Assembly: GCA_943348755.1 (NCBI GenBank)
Contig: CALQYS010000004.1
Span: forward strand, 1 to 59,099
DNA from: Candidatus Nomurabacteria bacterium
GTDB taxonomy: Bacteria; Patescibacteriota; Minisyncoccia; Phycocordibacterales; UBA9973
Reading direction: 5' to 3'
Length of the DNA: 59,099 bases
Within the stretch, counting starts at the first letter, position 1. Each line of letters begins with the position of its first letter. The translations under genes and the position numbers were made by a program. The notes under the pieces were generated by a model. It saw only the letters and a program-made list of their open reading frames with translations. It had not been told where the DNA came from and searched no databases. Below, one piece after another: positions 1 through 9,122 of the stretch.

Positions 1-21
1 ACTGTTCGTCCACAACTTGTT

Positions 22-738
22 ATGGCATTTGAAGCAAATAAAAAGTCTGAAACAGCGGAAACATCAAATATTAAATCAAAACCAAATGAACTTTTGGAAA
101 AATTACCAAAAGAAATACAAAATATCATCAAAGAATCAAATTACCAAGCCATGCTTTATGCTATCGCCAAGGAAAACAATTTGAATGTCGAACAAATGGG
201 CAGTCTAGAAAAGACAGTAACTGATTTGATGGTTGGCACTATCCATCCAGAAGAATTTGAAGATGCCCTAGAAAGTAATCTTAAGTTGCCATTAGAAAAA
301 ATCAGAAAATTAGTAAATGATGTAAATGAAAAAATATTTTTGAAAATTCGAGAATCGCTAAAATTGGTGAATAAACCAAAAAGTGGAGAGCCTTTAATTG
401 AAGAAGGGGTAGAAAATCAAAACAAAGAAGCAACGATATTAACCAAAGCTGGTATCAAAATGGTTGAACCTGCTCTTCCAACTAGGACTATGGACATAAG
501 GACCGAAAAACCGCAAGAAAGTAGAGAAGAGATGTTAAAAAAAATAGAGAAACCAGAACTTGTAGCAGAATCTAAGCCCACCGAAAAAATTAACCCGATA
601 TTATCACAAAAGTTACTTAGTTCCATTAAAATACCGGCAGTAAAGACGGATCATTCTCTACCAAATCTTCAATCGTCCCTGCAAAGTGATCCGAGTCTAA
701 AAAATAAGGCAGACCCTTACAGAGAAATACCAGAATAA
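22..738 (+). CDS. hypothetical protein (Lys/Glu-rich)
   Basis: ATG-initiated ORF packed directly upstream of the PrgI/VirB4-like genes. No motif recognised. Confidence 0.45.
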   Translation: MAFEANKKSETAETSNIKSKPNELLEKLPKEIQNIIKESNYQAMLYAIAKENNLNVEQMGSLEKTVTDLMVGTIHPEEFEDALESNLKLPLEKIRKLVNDVNEKIFLKIRESLKLVNKPKSGEPLIEEGVENQNKEATILTKAGIKMVEPALPTRTMDIRTEKPQESREEMLKKIEKPELVAESKPTEKINPILSQKLLSSIKIPAVKTDHSLPNLQSSLQSDPSLKNKADPYREIPE

Positions 739-742
739 AATT

Positions 743-1171
743 ATGCAATTTAAAGTACCACAATTTTTGGAAATAGAAGACAAGATATTTGGTCCTTTCA
801 CCTTCAAAGAATTTATTTATTTGGCGGGTGGAGCAGGGTTGTGTTTCGTGCTTTATAGACTGCTTGGATTACTCTGGGGTGCTATACCGATCTTGTTCAT
901 CGCCGGGCTTTCCATAGCACTTGCACGCTATAGACCAAACAACAAGCCTTTTCTTGATATGATAGAAGCGGGGTTTAGTTATATTATGCAAAGCAAGCTT
1001 TATATCTGGAAAAGACGAAAGAACAAAGTTAATCTTAGTGAGCAAAAAAAGGTGAAAAGTGAAAATAAAATAGCAGATAGGGAAACGGTTAGACTCGGTG
1101 GAAATAAGTTACGAGATTTAGCTTGGAGCCTAGATGTATTAGATTTAAATAAACATGTAGAGAATAAATAA
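743..1171 (+). CDS. PrgI-family-like small membrane protein (type IV secretion-like locus)
   Basis: N-terminus MQFKVPQFLEIEDKIFGPFTFKEFIYL followed by two hydrophobic helices. This layout is typical of PrgI/VirB3-like proteins next to VirB4. Confidence 0.55.
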   Translation: MQFKVPQFLEIEDKIFGPFTFKEFIYLAGGAGLCFVLYRLLGLLWGAIPILFIAGLSIALARYRPNNKPFLDMIEAGFSYIMQSKLYIWKRRKNKVNLSEQKKVKSENKIADRETVRLGGNKLRDLAWSLDVLDLNKHVENK

Positions 1172-1172
1172 T

Positions 1173-1811
1173 ATGGCATTAAACGCAAAAGCAACTCAAG
1201 AGTTCGTACCGATCAAGGAAGTCCGCGATGGAGTAATCGTGCTAAAAGACGGCGGCTTGAGGGCAATTGTGCTCGCGAACTCAGTCAATCTATCTTTGAA
1301 GTCGAGCGATGAACAAAAGGCGACGATACTTCAGTTTCAAAGTTTTCTCAACACACTTGATTTTACGATACAAATATCAGTCCAAAGCAGGAGGCTGGAT
1401 ATCAGACCCTATCTTCTGCTCTTAGAAAACAGAATGAAGGTACAAAATGAACCATTGCTGAAATTACAGACCAAAGAATATATAGAATTTATCAGAAATT
1501 TCACTGAGTCAGTGAGCATAATGACAAAAAGCTTTTTCGTAGTTATCCCGTATACACATACAGTATTGAAATCAGATTCAGGTATATTTAAGGGGTTTTT
1601 TTTGAGAAAAAATAAGGAGGAGGCAAAGTTGGCACAACAAGAAGACTTTGAAGAAAAGAGGTCCCAGCTTGAAGAGCGGGTGGGTGTGATACAGCAAGGA
1701 CTCGCTCGCTGTGGCATAAAGTCAGCTCAGCTGGGCACTGAAGAAGTTGTGGAAGTATTTTATAAAGTCTTCAACCCGGGAGAAGTGGAAGGTAAGATTA
1801 AGTTAGAATAA
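1173..1811 (+). CDS. hypothetical protein of the T4SS-like locus
   Basis: ORF sits 1 nt after the preceding stop and 13 nt before the VirB4-like gene. No catalytic motif recognised. Confidence 0.4.
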   Translation: MALNAKATQEFVPIKEVRDGVIVLKDGGLRAIVLANSVNLSLKSSDEQKATILQFQSFLNTLDFTIQISVQSRRLDIRPYLLLLENRMKVQNEPLLKLQTKEYIEFIRNFTESVSIMTKSFFVVIPYTHTVLKSDSGIFKGFFLRKNKEEAKLAQQEDFEEKRSQLEERVGVIQQGLARCGIKSAQLGTEEVVEVFYKVFNPGEVEGKIKLE

Positions 1812-1824
1812 AGATTAAAAAATT

Positions 1825-3735
1825 ATGGGAATTTTAAACAAATTATTTGGAAAGAAAAATAAACAGTTGGGTGGAATAAATACTTATTCTCCTAACGAGA
1901 CGCAAGCTTCAATTTTGGCGGTGTTGCCAGAGCAGATCTATGAATCAGCCAGTCTAGAACTTCAAGACGTGATAGCGCCTTCTGCGCTCAAAATCGAATC
2001 CAAAAACATAAACTTGGGTGATAAGATTGCTCGTACATTCTTTATAATATCTTATCCGAGGTTTTTGACTGATAACTGGTTTTCACCGATAATAAATTTA
2101 GACAAAGTTTTTGATATTTCAATTTTTGTTCATCCCATAGACACCTCAATAATACTTCGTCAATTCCAAAAGAAGGTGGCAGAAGTACAAAGCCAGATAA
2201 ATGCGCGCGAAGGCAAGGGTATGGTGCGTGACCCAATGCTTGATACAGCATACCAAGACCTGGAAGGACTCCGAGACAATCTGATCCAAGCGCAAGAAAA
2301 GATGTTTGATGTGGGTATTTACATAACGATATACGCTGACAATGATCTGGAGCTTTTCAAAGTAGAGAATGAGATCAAATCCATGCTCGAGTCAAAGTTA
2401 ATATATATCAAACCCGCGCTTTTCCAACAAGAAGCTGGTTTTAAAAGTGTCATACCGATAAACAGTGATCTATTAAACATCCACCAAAAGCTGAATTCTG
2501 AACCACTTTCGAGTGTTTTCCCATTTATTTCTTTTGACCTTACTTCCGACAAAGGAATACTTTATGGAATAAACAGGCATAACTCAAGCTTAGTGATCTT
2601 TGATAGATTTTCGCTGGAAAATTACAACTCAGTTATATTTGCCAAATCAGGTTCAGGAAAATCTTATGCGACCAAATTAGAAATCCTTAGATCTCTAATG
2701 TTTGATATTGATGTCATTGTAATAGACCCAGAAAAAGAATACGAATTTCTAGCAGAGGCGGTGGGTGGAAGATATTTCAATATTTCTCTTTCCTCAGACC
2801 ACCACATGAATCCGTTTGATTTACCAATACCACGTGAAGACGAGACAGCCGAAGATGTTTTGCGATCAAACACTATCAATTTAGTAGGACTTTTTAGATT
2901 AATGCTGGGCGGACTTACCCCAGAAGAAGACTCGATGGTGGATAGAGCTGTATCAGAAACTTACGCAATAAAAGACATAACCCCGGAATCAGATTTCTCA
3001 AATATTGAACCTCCGCTTCTTTCAGATTTTGAAATGGTTCTGATGGGGATGGATGGAAGTGACTCTATTGTGCAACGTTTAGCGAAATACACCCGAGGTT
3101 CTTGGGCAACATTCTTAAACAGACCAAGTAACGTAGACATTAACAAGAAGTTTATTGTCTTTTCAGTTCGCGACATGGAAGATGAATTAAAACCAGTTGC
3201 AATGTACATAATTATGCATTACATCTGGAATGCAATACGTAAAAATTTGAAAAAGCGCTTACTAGTTATCGATGAAGCTTGGTGGATGATGAAGTCCGAA
3301 GATACCGCCTCTTTCCTTTATTCTATGGCCAAAAGAGGCCGAAAATATTACTTGGGTCTAGCCACTATCACTCAAGATGCAGCGGATTTTATGAAGTCTC
3401 CGTATGGAGTACCGATAATTACTAACTCTTCGATCCAACTTCTGCTCAAACAATCTCCTAGCACCATTGATATCTTGCAAAAGACATTTAATTTAACAGA
3501 TGAAGAAAAATATCTTCTTTTAGAGTCCGGTGTCGGAGAGGGTATATTCTTCGCAGGATTAAAGCACGTCGCTATAAAAATTATTTCTTCTTATACAGAA
3601 GACCAGATCATCACCAGCGATCCCTCACAAATACTTTCGAACAGAAAAGCTAAAGAAGAGCAGGAGGCAGCAGAAGCGGCTGCACCCCAAAACCCTGTGA
3701 TGGGGGAGACCACAGGTCAAGTAGCAGGAAAATAG
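1825..3735 (+). CDS. VirB4/TraC-like type IV secretion ATPase
   Basis: Walker A AKSGSGKSY and Walker B LLVIDEAWW. 636 aa with a long N-terminal VirB4-type region. Confidence 0.8.
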   Translation: MGILNKLFGKKNKQLGGINTYSPNETQASILAVLPEQIYESASLELQDVIAPSALKIESKNINLGDKIARTFFIISYPRFLTDNWFSPIINLDKVFDISIFVHPIDTSIILRQFQKKVAEVQSQINAREGKGMVRDPMLDTAYQDLEGLRDNLIQAQEKMFDVGIYITIYADNDLELFKVENEIKSMLESKLIYIKPALFQQEAGFKSVIPINSDLLNIHQKLNSEPLSSVFPFISFDLTSDKGILYGINRHNSSLVIFDRFSLENYNSVIFAKSGSGKSYATKLEILRSLMFDIDVIVIDPEKEYEFLAEAVGGRYFNISLSSDHHMNPFDLPIPREDETAEDVLRSNTINLVGLFRLMLGGLTPEEDSMVDRAVSETYAIKDITPESDFSNIEPPLLSDFEMVLMGMDGSDSIVQRLAKYTRGSWATFLNRPSNVDINKKFIVFSVRDMEDELKPVAMYIIMHYIWNAIRKNLKKRLLVIDEAWWMMKSEDTASFLYSMAKRGRKYYLGLATITQDAADFMKSPYGVPIITNSSIQLLLKQSPSTIDILQKTFNLTDEEKYLLLESGVGEGIFFAGLKHVAIKIISSYTEDQIITSDPSQILSNRKAKEEQEAAEAAAPQNPVMGETTGQVAGK

Positions 3736-3757
3736 TGAAAAATGGTACAATAAAATC

Positions 3758-4750
3758 ATGAGATTTAAATTCTTATCATTATATTTAAACACGGGACTTT
3801 TGATATTTATGGTGGTAAGTTTGATTTTCGGATCAAGGGCTCTTGCCTCCTCTACTGACATATTGGTCAATGTGGTGCCCCCAAATCCAGCTCCATATGA
3901 GAACGTAAATATAACTTTAAACAGTTATGTGAATAATTTGGATACCGTTATGATATCTTGGTCTGTAGATGGCAAAACAGTCGCATCTGGGACCGGCAAA
4001 AAATCATTTTCCACTACAGCACCTGCAGCAGGTGGAGAGATGGGTGTCGTAGCCACCATATATCTGCCAGACGGCACAATAGAAACAAAAATACCAATAA
4101 AACCTTCTGTGATGATACTACTTTGGCAAGCGAATGATTCATACGTACCACCTTTTTATAAGGGTAAGGCTTTGCCAACACCAGACAGTGAAGTAAAAGT
4201 GGTGGCAATGCCTGAAATAAGAACGGGGTCGGGTTTAGCTGATAGCAAAAATATGACTTACTATTGGAAAAAGGACTATACTAACAACGTAGATGGTTCC
4301 GGCTATGGTAAGAATTCTTTTACTTATGTGAATGATTATTTAGAAGATTCAAACAATATATCTGTGACAGCATGGACAGTGGACCAAAAATATTCATCGC
4401 AAGCCAGTATAGACATAGGGACAACAGAGCCAAAAATATTATTTTACAAAAATAGCGGCAGTATGGGGACAATTTTAGAAAAGACACTTATGGATGGACA
4501 CAGAATTGAGGGTAGTGAAATAGTGGAAGCAGTGCCTTATTTTATTTCACCAAAAGAAATACAAAATCCAGCATTGATATGGAGCTGGTTCATAAATGAC
4601 AGCAGAGTAAGCTTGACCAGCTTCAAGAAAAATTTAATGCCGCTTAAAGTACAGAGTGGGGTTTCTGGAACATCCCAATTAAGATTGGAAATAAGAAATC
4701 AAGATAAAATTTTCCAGACAACAAGTAAAGAAATAAGTGTAGAGTTTTAA
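3758..4750 (+). CDS. secreted or membrane-anchored hypothetical protein
   Basis: N-terminal hydrophobic segment LLIFMVVSLIFGSRALA followed by a beta-rich sequence. Confidence 0.5.
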   Translation: MRFKFLSLYLNTGLLIFMVVSLIFGSRALASSTDILVNVVPPNPAPYENVNITLNSYVNNLDTVMISWSVDGKTVASGTGKKSFSTTAPAAGGEMGVVATIYLPDGTIETKIPIKPSVMILLWQANDSYVPPFYKGKALPTPDSEVKVVAMPEIRTGSGLADSKNMTYYWKKDYTNNVDGSGYGKNSFTYVNDYLEDSNNISVTAWTVDQKYSSQASIDIGTTEPKILFYKNSGSMGTILEKTLMDGHRIEGSEIVEAVPYFISPKEIQNPALIWSWFINDSRVSLTSFKKNLMPLKVQSGVSGTSQLRLEIRNQDKIFQTTSKEISVEF

Positions 4751-4754
4751 AAGA

Positions 4755-5735
4755 ATGAAATACATAAAATACATTTTAATAATTATTATGGTGTTGGGAC
4801 TTTTTAGCTCAACTGCAGTAGTAGATGCACAAACTGGTCCAGAGGGAATTTGTACTTATACTTTCAAATCCAGAGGTGGAAATATATCTACAAGCACAGA
4901 CACAAAGACTGAGGCAGATTGTAAAGCATATATACAGAGTCGGGGGTTTACAGGAATAACATGGACAACCTGTACTTACACTGTAAGATCTAGGGGTGGG
5001 AATGTCAGTACCGTAGTAGTCCCGGGTGATACGGAAACACAATGTAAGGCACGTCCCACAGGAACATGGATATCAAATGTAATAGGGAATACAGATGTGA
5101 CAAATCCAAACACTGGTACAACATTGACTAAGCCATACGTTCTTTTGGCACCATTACCTTGTGATAGCAGTAAAGATGGGGCTGGATGTAAAGACAATAA
5201 ACTTATAAACTTCGATCCAAGCACGGGTTTGGGCGTGTATTTAAATCTAATGATAAAAATATTTATCGGCATCTGCGCAGTTTTGTCCGTGGTCATGATC
5301 GTTACGGGTGGAATAGAATATATGACAAGCGAACTTTCTCATACCAAAGAGGCGGGTAAGGAAAGAATAACACATGCAATTCTGGGACTTTTGATAGCTT
5401 TGGGTGCCTACGCACTTCTTTTTACAGTGAATCCCGACTTGCTTAAATCTGATATAAATCCTCCATCTGCAACCATTACAACATCTAGTGGTATTGTAAC
5501 TAGCGATGTTAGCCAATTAACTGGAACTTGTAATGACACACAATTTAAAACACAAGAAGAGTGTGAATCACAAAGAGAAGGGAGGTGGATTCTTCCGGTT
5601 ACTTCACAAAATGGAGCATTAGGAAGTTGTGATTACTATAGTAATTCAAATATTAACAGCAGAACCATACTCAGAGACATTACCGAAACATACTGTTATA
5701 ACACACTAAAGGGAATACACTGGACTGTAAATTAG
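4755..5735 (+). CDS. pilin-like (TrbC/VirB2-like) membrane protein with Cys-rich extracellular modules
   Basis: Signal-like N-terminus. Two tandem Cys-containing modules (CTYTFKSRGGNISTS.. and CTYTVRSRGGNVSTV..). Two-helix hydrophobic hairpin IFIGICAVLSVVMIVTGG ... AILGLLIALGAYALLF. Confidence 0.5.
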   Translation: MKYIKYILIIIMVLGLFSSTAVVDAQTGPEGICTYTFKSRGGNISTSTDTKTEADCKAYIQSRGFTGITWTTCTYTVRSRGGNVSTVVVPGDTETQCKARPTGTWISNVIGNTDVTNPNTGTTLTKPYVLLAPLPCDSSKDGAGCKDNKLINFDPSTGLGVYLNLMIKIFIGICAVLSVVMIVTGGIEYMTSELSHTKEAGKERITHAILGLLIALGAYALLFTVNPDLLKSDINPPSATITTSSGIVTSDVSQLTGTCNDTQFKTQEECESQREGRWILPVTSQNGALGSCDYYSNSNINSRTILRDITETYCYNTLKGIHWTVN

Positions 5736-5747
5736 TAGTAAATAATT

Positions 5748-7088
5748 ATGTCAAAAAGAAATTTTATACTTTTAATAATAATCCTGGTCATCATAATATT
5801 TGCGGTTTTGGGTTTCTTATATTTCCAGAAGAGGTCAGTTAGCCCGACAGACAATGGGACAGGAACAAACTTTTTCTCGCCGTTTAATTCATTTAGTAAC
5901 AAACCGACGCCTCCAGCTGTCACACCCCCTGTTGATGTTTCTGGATATGTGCCACCTGCTGCACCAGCGCAAGCCAAGCTCATGAAGATCTCGACCATGC
6001 CTATAGCTGGGTTTGTAGCGTTCAGTAAAGAAAGACTAAAGGATGTGCCAGTAGTACCAGCAACACCTCCACCAGCTGAAACCACTCCAACACCAGCAAC
6101 CAAAAAATCAAAAAGGGTTGTTCCAACCCCACCACTGACCGAATTCGTAACAGCCTTGAGATACGTGGCAAAATCAAATGGGAATATTTACCAAACTTTC
6201 GCCGATAAAATACAAGAGAGAAAGTTTTCTACAACTGTGATCCCCAGAGTATACGATAGCTACTTCGGTAATCATGGAAACTCGGTAATTATGCGATATC
6301 TAAAACCAGATGGTCAAACCATCGAAACTTTTGTAGGGAATCTCCCAAAAGAGCTGCTGGGTGGGGATACAACTGAAAATAATGAGATTAAAGGATCTTT
6401 CTTGCCCAATAACATCAAAGATATAAGTATATCGCCTGATACTTTAAAGGCATTTTATCTATCAGAAACGGGGGACAGCATGATAGGTACAGCTTTAAAC
6501 TTTTCGGATAATAAGAAAGTTCAATTGTTGGACTCAACTTTCACTGAATGGTTGGCACAGTGGCCAAATAAAAATATTTTAACCTTTTCTACTAAACCTT
6601 CTGCGAATGTCCCCGGATACATGTATACGATAGACTCCACTGGCAAAAATTTAAACAAAGTTTTGGGTAATATAAATGGATTAACTACACTTGAAAGTCC
6701 TAATGGTAAAATGATCCTCTATGGAGACAGTGATTTATCTCTCTTTATTTACCATACGGATACTAGGAATTCAGATAAATTAGGAGTAAAGACTCTGCCA
6801 GAAAAATGTGTTTGGGGTGGAGTAAGTGATGTTATTTATTGTGCTGTACCAATATTAATCGATGGGAATTTATACCCAGATGCTTGGTATCAAGGAGAAG
6901 TATCTTTTAGCGACCAAATATGGAAGATAGACGTAAAAAGCGGCAACACCACAATGATTTCTGATCCAGCTACAGTCGCTGGGGGAGAGAATATTGATGG
7001 AATAAAGCTTGCCCTAGATGAAGGAGAAAATTACCTATTTTTCGTCAACAAAAAGGATTCTTTTCTTTGGAAATTAGACCTTAAATAG
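5748..7088 (+). CDS. membrane-anchored hypothetical protein (Pro-rich linker, beta-propeller-like C-terminal part)
   Basis: N-terminal TM helix ILLIIILVIIIFAVLGFLYF followed by Pro/Thr-rich linkers and a long beta-rich region. Confidence 0.5.
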   Translation: MSKRNFILLIIILVIIIFAVLGFLYFQKRSVSPTDNGTGTNFFSPFNSFSNKPTPPAVTPPVDVSGYVPPAAPAQAKLMKISTMPIAGFVAFSKERLKDVPVVPATPPPAETTPTPATKKSKRVVPTPPLTEFVTALRYVAKSNGNIYQTFADKIQERKFSTTVIPRVYDSYFGNHGNSVIMRYLKPDGQTIETFVGNLPKELLGGDTTENNEIKGSFLPNNIKDISISPDTLKAFYLSETGDSMIGTALNFSDNKKVQLLDSTFTEWLAQWPNKNILTFSTKPSANVPGYMYTIDSTGKNLNKVLGNINGLTTLESPNGKMILYGDSDLSLFIYHTDTRNSDKLGVKTLPEKCVWGGVSDVIYCAVPILIDGNLYPDAWYQGEVSFSDQIWKIDVKSGNTTMISDPATVAGGENIDGIKLALDEGENYLFFVNKKDSFLWKLDLK

Positions 7089-7566
7089 AACCTATATATT
7101 TGATTACCACTCGGCGAGAAGCTCCCATGCCCACTGACTCAGTTTTTAGGTCTGTCGCATCAGATAAAAATTCGTGAACGATCCGACGTTCAAAGGCTGA
7201 CATTGGGTCAACTTCTATGCTGGATTTAAAATATCGAGCCCTTTCTCCCATCATATGAGCAATTGCGCGAATATTTTCCACACGTTTCTTCTGGAAACCA
7301 TTAATGTCAATTAAAATATTGTTACTAGAACTATCATCTTTCAGAGCGTCTGCCCCCGGCATTTTACTTTCAATTATTCTCCGGACTAGATGATTCAAGG
7401 CATACAGAGCTTCACCATCGTGACCCATAAAAAAATGGGGTTCATTCACCTCGACAGAGAACCAAGTGTTATTTGGGCCGTCTTCTGTGATTGTGATTTG
7501 AGTCATTGTAACTCCAGTATGTTCAATCAACTTTCTGATTAAATTTTCTATTTCTGACTTTTTCAT
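7081..7566 (-). CDS. jag: Jag/KhpB-like RNA-binding protein (KH + R3H)
   Basis: C-terminal R3H-type motif ERRIVHEFL. Conserved position downstream of yidC. Confidence 0.75.
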   Translation of the reverse strand: MKKSEIENLIRKLIEHTGVTMTQITITEDGPNNTWFSVEVNEPHFFMGHDGEALYALNHLVRRIIESKMPGADALKDDSSSNNILIDINGFQKKRVENIRAIAHMMGERARYFKSSIEVDPMSAFERRIVHEFLSDATDLKTESVGMGASRRVVIKYIGSI

Positions 7567-7568
7567 GT

Positions 7569-8318
7569 TTATTTTTCCTTAATCAAAATATCTACTTCTT
7601 CGTCCAAGACCTTCTTTTCTGTCTTATTGACATAAACCTGTTGGGCTACAGCAAAAATATTACTCGTAATCCAATATAATGCAACCGCGCCGGAGATACT
7701 GTAAGCAATCCAAGTGATTAGAAAAGGGAAGAAATATTTCATCTGCATTTGCATATTTTTACCAAGACTTTCTGCAAAAGAGCCGGCGGAAGAATTATTG
7801 TTGGCCGGTTTTGGCATAAAGTGGGCTTGTAAATATTGAGATACACCTGCCAAAATCGCTAGCGGTAAACTCTTAGCACCGAGATTTATTATTCCCAGAA
7901 AAATCATATTCGTCTTTGCTGGTATATGAATAAAAGAATAAAGTAGGCTTTTGTCAAAATTTATACCTTTTAAAAAAACATAGTATAGGGCAAAAATGAT
8001 GGGTATTTGAATTAAAACTAAAAGACACCCAGAAAAAGGATTAGTCTTGTGTTTTTTATAAAGTTCAAACGTCAGCTTGGCTTGTTCTTCTTTGCTTACC
8101 CCGCTTTTTTTAATTTTATCGAGTTCAGGGGCAAGCATCGTCATGGCTGCCTGGTTTTTAATTGATTTTTGAGAGAAAGGAAAAAGCAACAATTTAACCA
8201 AAATAGTGAGCAATATAACGGCGATACCTACATCCCCGCCAGGGATGACTGAAACTAAAAAAGCCAGTGCGTTAATTAATGGCTTGTATAAAAGGGCGTT
8301 CCAAATATTATGAATCAT
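7569..8318 (-). CDS. yidC: membrane protein insertase YidC
   Basis: Multi-TM protein with PFSGCLLVLIQIPIIFALY. Sits in the rnpA-yidD-yidC-jag gene order. Confidence 0.85.
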   Translation of the reverse strand: MIHNIWNALLYKPLINALAFLVSVIPGGDVGIAVILLTILVKLLLFPFSQKSIKNQAAMTMLAPELDKIKKSGVSKEEQAKLTFELYKKHKTNPFSGCLLVLIQIPIIFALYYVFLKGINFDKSLLYSFIHIPAKTNMIFLGIINLGAKSLPLAILAGVSQYLQAHFMPKPANNNSSAGSFAESLGKNMQMQMKYFFPFLITWIAYSISGAVALYWITSNIFAVAQQVYVNKTEKKVLDEEVDILIKEK

Positions 8319-8348
8319 GAACCCATTCTATATGAAAATGGCTAAAAA

Positions 8349-8564
8349 TCAAAGAACGGGGTCAATTTGGTTCTTCTGCCATGGATGACAACGTAAAATT
8401 CTTAAGAATCCCAGCTTGCAGCCTTTCAATATTCCATATTTTTCTAAGGCTTGTTTGGTATATTCGGAACAACTAGGATAAAAATGGCAACCTGACTTTA
8501 TGAGAACAGAAATGTTTTTCTGATAAAAACTAATTAATTTTATTAAAAATGTTTTTAATTTCAT
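8349..8564 (-). CDS. yidD: membrane protein insertion efficiency factor YidD
   Basis: Motif CHFYPSCSEYTKQALEKYG ... LRILRCHPW. Internal Met at 8564 chosen as start. Overlaps the 3' end of rnpA. Confidence 0.8.
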   Translation of the reverse strand: MKLKTFLIKLISFYQKNISVLIKSGCHFYPSCSEYTKQALEKYGILKGCKLGFLRILRCHPWQKNQIDPVL

Positions 8565-8853
8565 CTTCAAGTATGGGGATATTGTCTTGGTACTTTTTAA
8601 AAATAAAGACACCCGTAAGCGCAAGAGGGGATAGATGGATATTCTTGCTTAGGGCACTATATCCGCGCCTTCTAAGTAAATTTCTTTTAACCGCTAATTT
8701 GACTATATTTTTAGGTGCAATAAAGGAAATTTTTGTTTTTCCGTCATCATTCTTCAAACAGCGAAAAGATAGACTGGGGGAACTAAAAGACTTACCCTCT
8801 CTAAAGATTTTATCGACTTCTTTGGTGCTTACTCTATTCTTTTTGGGTAACAT
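8530..8853 (-). CDS. rnpA: ribonuclease P protein component
   Basis: Basic 107-aa protein with KLAVKRNLLRRRG, immediately downstream of rpmH. Confidence 0.8.
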   Translation of the reverse strand: MLPKKNRVSTKEVDKIFREGKSFSSPSLSFRCLKNDDGKTKISFIAPKNIVKLAVKRNLLRRRGYSALSKNIHLSPLALTGVFIFKKYQDNIPILEDEIKNIFNKIN

Positions 8854-8863
8854 CGTAAAAAAA

Positions 8864-8998
8864 CTAAACAGTGAGCTTTTTTCTGCCTTTCTGGCGTCTC
8901 CTTTTTAGAACTTTTTGGCCTGTTTTAATCCTAGATCTGACTAAAAATCCATGTGATCTGGCTCTTTTTCTTTTTTTGGGTTTATATGTAAATGACAT
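8864..8998 (-). CDS. rpmH: 50S ribosomal protein L34
   Basis: Hand translation of the minus strand gives [44 protein letters not shown]. Too short for the ORF track. Confidence 0.85.
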   Translation of the reverse strand: MSFTYKPKKRKRARSHGFLVRSRIKTGQKVLKRRRQKGRKKLTV

Positions 8999-9065
8999 GA
9001 ATTGTATTCTATAATATTATTAATAATAAATCAAATATAAAATAGGTGAAAAAGTTTTGCACAGT

Positions 9066-9074
9066 TTATCAACA
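9066..9074. promoter_or_regulatory. DnaA-box-like 9-mer TTATCAACA in the AT-rich rpmH-dnaA spacer (candidate oriC / dnaA promoter region)
   Basis: One mismatch to TTATCCACA. Surrounding spacer 8999-9122 is very AT-rich. Confidence 0.4.
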
Positions 9075-9122
9075 TAGTTAGTAAGTTTTTAAAGTTTTTG
9101 TTTATTGGACAAATAGTATAAT

